Assembly (NCBI GenBank): GCA_013378385.1
Contig: JACAFS010000060.1
Span: forward strand, 1 to 5,182
Direction: 5' to 3'
Length of the DNA stretch: 5,182 nucleotides
Source: Nitrososphaerota archaeon
GTDB lineage: Archaea; Thermoproteota; Nitrososphaeria; Nitrososphaerales; UBA57
The translations under genes were made by a program, and so were the position numbers. Below the pieces are notes generated by a model. It was not told the origin of the DNA and did no database searches. It saw nothing but the letters and a program-made list of their open reading frames with translations. Of this stretch, positions 1-4,694 are shown in pieces; position 1 is the first letter of the stretch, and each line of letters begins with the position of its first letter.

Positions 1-22
1 AAAATATAATTTTCAAGAATCC

Positions 23-94
23 GAAAAATTTTCAAAAATTGAAAAATTTTCAAAAATCGAAAAATTTTCAAAAATTGAAAAATTTTCAAAAAAA
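23..94. repeat. Tandem array of four 18-bp A/T-rich units GAAAAATTTTCAAAAATY, each carrying the 11-bp palindrome GAAAA-A-TTTTC. A degenerate extra copy lies at about 4-22, and the array may continue beyond the window start.
   Basis: Units at 23-40, 41-58, 59-76 and 77-94 are identical except for the last 1-2 bases (TT / TC / TT / AA). Positions 4-21 match the unit at about 14 of 18. A5 tracts start at 24, 34, 42, 52, 60, 70, 78 and 88, so spacing alternates 10 and 8 bp. The array lies 90 bp upstream of the mdh ATG. Confidence 0.9.
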
Positions 95-153
95 ACGATT
101 TGTGAAAATAAGAGTATTAGCCTGAGAATCTGGATTTAAAGATAATCCGACTG

Positions 154-161
154 TTTATTAG
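154..161 (+). promoter_or_regulatory. TATA-like box (TTTATTAG) positioned for a leaderless or near-leaderless mdh transcript
   Basis: The centre of the box is about 26-27 nt upstream of the A of the ATG at 184. That is the usual TATA-to-TSS distance in archaea. AT-rich background makes this weak evidence on its own. Confidence 0.3.
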
Positions 162-183
162 TATACAAAATCAGAGTATTCAC

Positions 184-1095
184 ATGATTTCAATAATAGG
201 TGCAGGAAATGTAGGAAGCACTGCCGCATTACAAATATTAAGTCACAATCTAGATGATGTAACATTAATAGATATTGCAGAAGGAAAGGCCGAAGGAGAA
301 GCAATGGACTTTTCACAAATGGCATGTGAGATGGGAATTGATAGAAAAATTTTAGGAACTAACGATTTTAGTAAATTAGAAGGATCCGATATAATAATTG
401 TTCCAGCAGGCATGGGAAGAAAACCTGGAGAGACACGTATGGATCTTCTTCATAAGAACATGAGTATTGTAAAATCAGTAGGCGAGAATATTAAAAAATA
501 TTCGCCAGAGTCCATTGTATTGATGATAACAAATCCGCTTGATGCAATGACATATGTTATGTATAAAATATTAGGTGTTAATAGAGAAAAAGTATTTGGA
601 ATGTCAGGTGCATTAGATAATTTAAGATTTAAGAATGTACTTTCAAGTAAATTAAATGTGTCAAGAAAATCAATAACTACATTAGTAATTGGAGAACACG
701 GAGAAGGAATGCTCCCACTTGCTAGATATTCAACAATTAACGGCATACCTTTGAATAAATTTGCCAGCGAGGAGATTTTGAATGAATGTTATGCAGATAC
801 TATTGGTGCAGCTGCAAAAATTATTGGGTTAAAAGGCGCAACATTTTATGCGCCATCTATGGGAATATATTCAATGGTAGAAGCAATAAAATTAGATAAA
901 AGAATTCTCATGCCTGCATCCACTTTCTTAAAAGGAGAATATGGACAAGAAGGAATATGCATAGGAGTTCCAGTAATATTGGGCAGCAATGGAATTGAGA
1001 AGATAATTGAACTTGATCTAAATCAAAAAGAATCAGAACAGTTCAATAAAGGCGTTCAAAACTTAAAAAATGCTGTAAAAGAAACTAATTTGTAA
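184..1095 (+). CDS. mdh: Malate dehydrogenase, LDH-like (archaeal/tetrameric type), 303 aa
   Basis: ATG at 184 and tandem stops TAA TAA at 1093-1098. Motifs seen: Rossmann motif IIGAGNVGS; LIDI..GKAEGEAMD; the loop AGMGRKPGETRMDLL with Arg at the substrate-discriminating position (Arg for oxaloacetate/malate, Gln for pyruvate/lactate in this family); ITNPLD; and the catalytic His in IGEHGE. Confidence 0.9.
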   Translation: MISIIGAGNVGSTAALQILSHNLDDVTLIDIAEGKAEGEAMDFSQMACEMGIDRKILGTNDFSKLEGSDIIIVPAGMGRKPGETRMDLLHKNMSIVKSVGENIKKYSPESIVLMITNPLDAMTYVMYKILGVNREKVFGMSGALDNLRFKNVLSSKLNVSRKSITTLVIGEHGEGMLPLARYSTINGIPLNKFASEEILNECYADTIGAAAKIIGLKGATFYAPSMGIYSMVEAIKLDKRILMPASTFLKGEYGQEGICIGVPVILGSNGIEKIIELDLNQKESEQFNKGVQNLKNAVKETNL

Positions 1096-1246
1096 TAATT
1101 TTACTGCAAGAATCATGTTTTGATTTATGAATAAAGCAGTATATCGTTGAACAAGATTTACATTTAAAGTAATATTCTTTGTTTAGATGTTTACCGCAAT
1201 AATTGCAAATTATTGAATCTAAATCAGTTTGTATCGAACTAATCAT
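1085..1246 (-). CDS. Small (53 aa) cysteine/histidine-rich protein, AN1/HIT-like cross-brace two-zinc finger. Not present in the supplied ORF track.
   Basis: Minus-strand ATG at 1246-1244 and TAG at 1087-1085. There is an in-frame stop upstream at 1291-1289 with no ATG/GTG/TTG in between. Translation: MISSIQTDLDSIICNYCGKHLNKEYYFKCKSCSTIYCFIHKSKHDSCSKIITN. Ligand spacing is C-x2-C-x11-C-x2-C-x4-C-x2-H-x3-H-x2-C. The first six ligands fit the AN1 pattern C-x2-C-x(9-12)-C-x(1-2)-C-x4-C-x2-H-x5-H-x-C. TAATAACTATTTT (minus strand, 1280-1268) lies 22-34 nt upstream of the ATG. T4 and T6 runs follow the stop (A-runs at 1077-1080 and 1065-1070 on the + strand). The ORF overlaps the mdh 3' end by 11 nt, convergently. 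Confidence 0.6.
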   Translation of the reverse strand: MISSIQTDLDSIICNYCGKHLNKEYYFKCKSCSTIYCFIHKSKHDSCSKIITN

Positions 1247-1260
1247 GTATATTACATGAT
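1242..1260. repeat. Perfect inverted repeat ATCATGTA-TAT-TACATGAT (8-bp arms, 3-nt centre) that embeds the ATG of the 53-aa zinc-finger ORF
   Basis: Arms at 1242-1249 and 1253-1260 are exact reverse complements. The start codon of the minus-strand ORF (1244-1246) lies inside one arm. Confidence 0.8.
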
Positions 1261-1310
1261 ATCCGGGAAAATAGTTATTACGACATGTCTAATATTTCAA
1301 CGAATAAAGT

Positions 1311-1318
1311 AAAAAAAA
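1311..1318 (-). terminator. Oligo-T (T8) tract immediately after the stop codon of the 192-aa ORF, an archaeal-type intrinsic termination signal
   Basis: A8 on the + strand at 1311-1318 is T8 on the minus strand. It directly abuts the TAA stop (1321-1319). Archaeal RNA polymerase terminates at T-runs of five or more. Confidence 0.45.
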
Positions 1319-1897
1319 TTATAGTGAAATTACCTCATCTACTGTGAGTGATAAACGATCAATCAAACGTCTTTCTCTTCTTGATATTCCAGTATTATAA
1401 TCTGAATAAGGAAATTTTGCTCTGAAACAAGTGCCAATAAATGTTGAAGATTTAGAAATAGATTCCATTAGCCAGTGTATAGTTCCCATATGAAGATAAA
1501 AATTTAATTCATTAATGAATAGAAGTCTAGTGGGTCTTTTTCTAAATTTATCTAAACATTCGATGAGGGCACGCGAATTTTGAACAGATAACTGTATTGC
1601 GTCTTTAGGATTATTGGCATATATACGTGGCCAATGAACTACTTCAGGTTTTATATAATTAAAATCACTGATATTATCTATATATTCTGATAATTGCGCT
1701 GCAAATTTAATATTTTTGAATGATGTTTTATCAGGGCACATTTCAATAATAGAAATTCTACTATCATAGTCATTATTGATTGCGTCTTTAATCAAATCAG
1801 CTAGAAAGGCATTTCTGTTAACAGAAATATCACTATCTATACCACCAACAATCAATGTGTTTTTACCAGAATAATAATCAAATGTTTTTTTATTCAA
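1319..1897 (-). CDS. Hypothetical protein, 192 aa. Possible RecA/KaiC-like alpha/beta fold with a degenerate (non-functional) P-loop.
   Basis: Long ORF in an AT-rich context. The start codon called by the track is TTG (1897-1895), two codons after the in-frame stop at 1909-1907, and there is no ATG before Met53. GKNTLIVGGIDSDISVN occupies the place of the strand-then-GxxGxGK[ST] Walker A of RecA/KaiC-like proteins, but the Gly-Lys-Ser/Thr residues are missing. TRLLFINELNFYL resembles a Walker B strand (hhhhD/E). The C-terminal end ...LSLTVDEVISL resembles the family's terminal strand. No family is recognised with certainty. Confidence 0.65.
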   Translation of the reverse strand: MNKKTFDYYSGKNTLIVGGIDSDISVNRNAFLADLIKDAINNDYDSRISIIEMCPDKTSFKNIKFAAQLSEYIDNISDFNYIKPEVVHWPRIYANNPKDAIQLSVQNSRALIECLDKFRKRPTRLLFINELNFYLHMGTIHWLMESISKSSTFIGTCFRAKFPYSDYNTGISRRERRLIDRLSLTVDEVISL

Positions 1898-1933
1898 TTT
1901 ATTTAATTAGTAATTAGTGAATAATCATATATA
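1898..1933. promoter_or_regulatory. 36-bp divergent intergenic spacer that must hold both promoters. Contains the tandem heptamer TAATTAG-TAATTAG and two TATA-like elements.
   Basis: Sequence is TTTATTTAATTAGTAATTAGTGAATAATCATATATA. TAATTAG occurs at 1904-1910 and 1911-1917. ATTTAATTAG is centred 27-30 nt upstream of the ATG at 1934. TATATAT (read on the minus strand, 1933-1927) is about 33 nt upstream of the TTG at 1897. Confidence 0.35.
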
Positions 1934-2179
1934 ATGTGGACATTGCTAGCGGTCTATGGAATTGTAACAATCCTTTCAGGCATATTTCTATTGGCAATAA
2001 CTGGAGTTTTTGGAATGGTAATTGGATTAATTGGAGTAATTATGTTAGTGCTTTCAGTATTTCTATCAGCTCCTAAATCTGAACAACCTGATGATCAATC
2101 TAAGAAATATTGTACATATTGCATAGCAGAGATTAACAAAACAGATATTACGTGTCCTATATGTCAGACCGAACAATGA
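1934..2179 (+). CDS. Small membrane protein, 81 aa: two N-terminal TM helices plus a C-terminal CxxC...CxxC zinc ribbon
   Basis: ATG at 1934 and TGA at 2177-2179. Residues 3-46 are two Gly-rich hydrophobic stretches (LLAVYGIVTILSGIFLLAITGVFGMVIGLIGVIMLVLSVFLSA). An acidic linker PKSEQPDDQSKK follows, then C60-x2-C63-x10-C74-x2-C77 (nt 2111-2164). Confidence 0.7.
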   Translation: MWTLLAVYGIVTILSGIFLLAITGVFGMVIGLIGVIMLVLSVFLSAPKSEQPDDQSKKYCTYCIAEINKTDITCPICQTEQ

Positions 2180-2183
2180 CAAA

Positions 2184-3359
2184 TTATTTCAAGATTTGAG
2201 AGATTGCGTCAGTAACAGTGCCTTTTTTAATTCTATCATCATATTCAGATAATATCGTTTCTAGACCAGTTAAGAAACGGCCAACCTCATTAGGACCAAT
2301 ATTAGCCATATGACCGACTCGTAAAGCGTTATTTTTCATTTCGCCGAATCCACTTGCTACTTCTACATTAAAGCGAGATTTTAATTCAGATTGAATATGA
2401 ATAGATTTTCCTGAAGGAACATGGAAACCTGTAACTGTATAAGCTCTATAATTTTCTTCGGCAACAAAATCTAAACCAAGAGATTCAACACCCGCATGAA
2501 TCGCGTTAGCGACATTTTTATGACGATTCCATCGATTTTCTAAACCTTCTTCCATAATCATTTCAAGTGCGGTTTTTAATGCAACCATTACTTGAATAGC
2601 AGGAGTAGCGATGTATGTTTTAGGATTATCCATATGAACCTTCCATTTTTTAAGATTTAGATAATATGAAGGAATAGTTGATTTACGGTTTTCAAGTAAC
2701 TCAATAGCATTTTGTGAGAGCATCATAAGCCCTGCCCCAGGAACTGAACCGATTGCTTTTTGAGATGTAGTTAATACAACGTCTGCTCCAAGCCTGTCAA
2801 AATTCAATTCACAGCCTCCAACACCGCATACAGAATCAACTATTGCAAGAGAATTATTATCTTTAACAACTTTAACTAATTCATAAATATTATTCATAAC
2901 TGTAGAAGAGGTATCAACATGAGTGATGAAAACTGCATCATATTTATTTTTCTTAAGTTCAGTTTGTAGAATATCAGGATCTGCATGGCTGCCAAAATTA
3001 AAAGACAAAGTATTTGAATCAATACTGTAACAATCAAGCATTTGACCAAAACGTTGTGCGAAATATCCAGTATCTACAATAAGACCTGTATTATTTTGTT
3101 CTAATAAACTTAAAACAGTCGCTTCCATAGCAATTGTTCCAGAACCGGTAATTACGAAAGGCGAACCGGTATCAGTCCCGAATAATTTTTTTGATAAAAC
3201 AAGTAATTTATTAAAGTCGTCGGTAAATTCTTCGCTCAAATGTCCCATTTGGTTGTTACTCATAACATTTCTTACTCTTGAATCCACTACAGTAGGTCCA
3301 GGAACCATTAGAAATGAATCATATGGATCGCGATTATCTTCTTTAGACACGTTATTCAC
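2184..3359 (-). CDS. Class V PLP-dependent aminotransferase (alanine/serine-glyoxylate or serine-pyruvate aminotransferase family), 391 aa
   Basis: Motifs seen: N-terminal LMVPGPT; GSGTIAMEA; FITHVDTSS; IVDSVCGVGG; and the PLP-binding Lys in TTSQKAIGSVPG (Lys201, nt 2757-2759). The start called by the track is GTG (3359-3357), one codon after the in-frame stop at 3365-3363. The next start is ATG Met18 at 3308, directly in front of VPGP. Confidence 0.9.
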   Translation of the reverse strand: MNNVSKEDNRDPYDSFLMVPGPTVVDSRVRNVMSNNQMGHLSEEFTDDFNKLLVLSKKLFGTDTGSPFVITGSGTIAMEATVLSLLEQNNTGLIVDTGYFAQRFGQMLDCYSIDSNTLSFNFGSHADPDILQTELKKNKYDAVFITHVDTSSTVMNNIYELVKVVKDNNSLAIVDSVCGVGGCELNFDRLGADVVLTTSQKAIGSVPGAGLMMLSQNAIELLENRKSTIPSYYLNLKKWKVHMDNPKTYIATPAIQVMVALKTALEMIMEEGLENRWNRHKNVANAIHAGVESLGLDFVAEENYRAYTVTGFHVPSGKSIHIQSELKSRFNVEVASGFGEMKNNALRVGHMANIGPNEVGRFLTGLETILSEYDDRIKKGTVTDAISQILK

Positions 3360-3413
3360 TATTCAAATGTTGTTTAAAAATTGTTGGAAAAATTAAAATT
3401 TATAATAATAACA

Positions 3414-3475
3414 GGTAGCTCGGTCAAATGCCTTCTCGTCATAATTCTACGTAACTCTGAGTCCTCATTGCTACC
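3414..3475 (-). ncRNA. Candidate archaeal box C/D sRNA (62 nt) with variant boxes
   Basis: The minus strand reads GGUAGC-A-AUGAGGA-CUCAGAGUUACG-UAGA-AUU-AUGACGA-GAAGGCAUUUGA-CCGA-GCUACC. In order these are: a 6-bp terminal stem (3475-3470 pairing with 3419-3414), a C-like box (3468-3462), a 12-nt spacer, a D'-like box (3449-3446), a 3-nt loop, a C'-like box (3442-3436), a 12-nt spacer and a D-like box (3423-3420). All four GA dinucleotides needed for the k-turn and k-loop are present. The region is locally GC-richer than its flanks. TTATAA (3501-3506) is centred about 28 nt upstream of the 5' G. T5 and T4 runs lie downstream (A-runs at 3388-3392 and 3395-3398 on the + strand). Confidence 0.55.
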
Positions 3476-3500
3476 ATGTAATTATCTATCATGATGTTGA

Positions 3501-4163
3501 TTATAAGTTCATATTTTCTTTAACCTGAATTACTCTATTAGCAATATTCAATATACGTTCATCATGAGTAGTAATAAATACAGTTTTTTGATTCATAATT
3601 GAATCTCCTCGAATTAATGACAAAATCATCTCAGAGATTATCGGATCTAAGCCTTCAGTTGGCTCGTCCATTAATAATATCGGAGGGTCATTAACCATAC
3701 TACGTGCGATGGATACAATCTCAGATTCTCCAACACTTAATGTACCGGCTAATCGATCACTAAGAGAAATAAGACCAAGTTTATCTAAAGTTTGATCAAC
3801 AATTGATTGTCGTTTGTTTTTATCAATACCGCTGAACATTAATGGAAGTTCTAAATTTTGTGATATTGATAATTCAGGAACTAGATTTGATTTCTGAGGT
3901 ACTATACCAAATATTTTTGCGCGCAATGTAGATAATTTATCTGGTGAAAGCTTAGTAATATCATACTTATCAATATAGATTCTTCCAGAATCAGGCTTCA
4001 TAATTCCACATATTAAATTAAGTAATGTTGTTTTACCCGAACCAATAGTTCCTTTGGCAGCAATAATTTCACCTGATTGAATTTCTAGATTTACGTTTGA
4101 AAAAATGGTATTATTTTCATAACTCATTGTGATATCCAATAATTTTATTATCGGAATTTGCAT
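3501..4163 (-). CDS. ABC transporter ATP-binding protein, MJ0796/LolD/FtsE/MacB-type, 220 aa
   Basis: ATG at 4163-4161. Motifs seen: Walker A GTIGSGKTT (residues 38-46); Q-loop GIVPQ; signature LSVGESEIVSIARSM (a divergent form of LSGGQ/EQQRVAIARAL); Walker B ILLMDEPT; D-loop EGLD; and H-switch FITTHD. It starts 6 nt after the permease stop codon. Confidence 0.9.
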   Translation of the reverse strand: MQIPIIKLLDITMSYENNTIFSNVNLEIQSGEIIAAKGTIGSGKTTLLNLICGIMKPDSGRIYIDKYDITKLSPDKLSTLRAKIFGIVPQKSNLVPELSISQNLELPLMFSGIDKNKRQSIVDQTLDKLGLISLSDRLAGTLSVGESEIVSIARSMVNDPPILLMDEPTEGLDPIISEMILSLIRGDSIMNQKTVFITTHDERILNIANRVIQVKENMNL

Positions 4164-4169
4164 AGATAA

Positions 4170-4694
4170 TCACTGATATAAATTATTTTGTTTGAATGAT
4201 TGAATAATTGCAGCATATGAACCAATACATATGCCAATAATTGTCAAAATTGAAATATATAATATAGAATTTTGTAATATATTTGGAATAACATTTAGTG
4301 GAAGCTGTAAAGTATATACAACACTTGAGCCAATAATTATACCACAAAATAATCCAATTAAACCAACTATTATGAATCTAGATATTATAATAGAAATTAC
4401 CGAACGAGTCTGTGCTCCAAGTTGATTAAATAACATCAATTTACTTTTTGATGATTCAATAGTTTGCTTTGTAAGTAGATATTCTGAAACAAATACAAAA
4501 CAGAAAGTAATTACACTAGTAAATATAATTCCAGGACCAGTTAACAGACTAGATAATATTATTGCATTAATAGTAGTCATAGCAATTATTAATATTGCAA
4601 GTCTGGATTGGGCTTTACCCATTGTTAATCCAGTAGTAATTAATTCTAATACCAAATTATTACCAGCTAGAATTATTCGAAAGATATTTTCCAA
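4170..4694 (-). CDS. FtsX-like ABC permease, minimal 4-TM form without an extracytoplasmic domain, 174 aa (150 aa if the ATG at 4622 is used)
   Basis: GKAQSRLAILIIAMTTINAIILSSLLTG resembles TM1 of MacB/LolC/FtsX permeases (K.RS.L..LGI.IG.A.VI...SLG.G). It runs directly into an FtsX-domain-like region: ITFCFVFVSEYLLTKQTIESSKSKLMLFNQLGAQTRSVISIIISRFIIVGLIGLFCGIIIG, comparable to ...R.REIGILKALGA.R..I......E.....G..G...G. One more TM helix follows (ILYISILTIIGICIGSYAAII). The start called by the track is TTG (4694-4692), and the first ATG is Met25 at 4622-4620. Confidence 0.75.
   Translation of the reverse strand: MENIFRIILAGNNLVLELITTGLTMGKAQSRLAILIIAMTTINAIILSSLLTGPGIIFTSVITFCFVFVSEYLLTKQTIESSKSKLMLFNQLGAQTRSVISIIISRFIIVGLIGLFCGIIIGSSVVYTLQLPLNVIPNILQNSILYISILTIIGICIGSYAAIIQSFKQNNLYQ

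Noticed and set aside
23-94. CRISPR array interpretation of the 18-bp repeats (also for 5087-5182)
   Set aside because: The units are directly head-to-tail with no spacers, and 18 bp is too short for a CRISPR repeat. These are simple tandem repeats.
2-139. Calling the 5' repeat a CDS encoding (EKFSKI)n as the C-terminus of an upstream gene
   Set aside because: Four of the six frames are open through the repeat, so openness is uninformative. Only one synonymous difference supports the frame. This cannot be decided without upstream sequence. It is kept as an alternative in the finding rather than as a feature.
1-183. Replication origin (AT-rich repeats next to a housekeeping gene)
   Set aside because: There are no ORB or mini-ORB-like elements with a G-string. 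No orc1/cdc6 gene is visible. The repeat structure is a simple tandem array, so there is nothing beyond AT-richness to support an origin.
450-746. 98-aa minus-strand ORF from the track
   Set aside because: It is entirely antisense to the well-supported mdh gene. The translation is low-complexity with no motifs. This is a typical shadow ORF.
1256-1312. 18-codon plus-strand ORF (MISGKIVITTCLIFQRIK), along with other ORFs of 10 or fewer codons in the 1096-1318 gap
   Set aside because: It is too short and has no motifs. It overlaps the promoter region of the better-supported minus-strand zinc-finger ORF.
3374-3442. 22-codon minus-strand ORF (MTRRHLTELPVIIINFNFSNNF) in the 141-bp gap
   Set aside because: It is short and its tail is low-complexity AT-driven sequence. 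Its ATG is the C'-like box of the sRNA candidate and it runs through the aminotransferase promoter region. There is no supporting signal.
3411-3480. Possible tRNA, because of the GC-richer island with a terminal 6-bp stem
   Set aside because: It is only 62 nt between the stem ends. It has no 7-bp acceptor stem, no GTTC-type T-arm and no plausible D or anticodon arms on either strand. The box C/D layout explains it far better.
4231-4425. 64-aa plus-strand ORF from the track
   Set aside because: It is entirely antisense to the FtsX-like permease. It is Ile/Asn-rich, reflecting the complement of hydrophobic codons. This is a shadow ORF.
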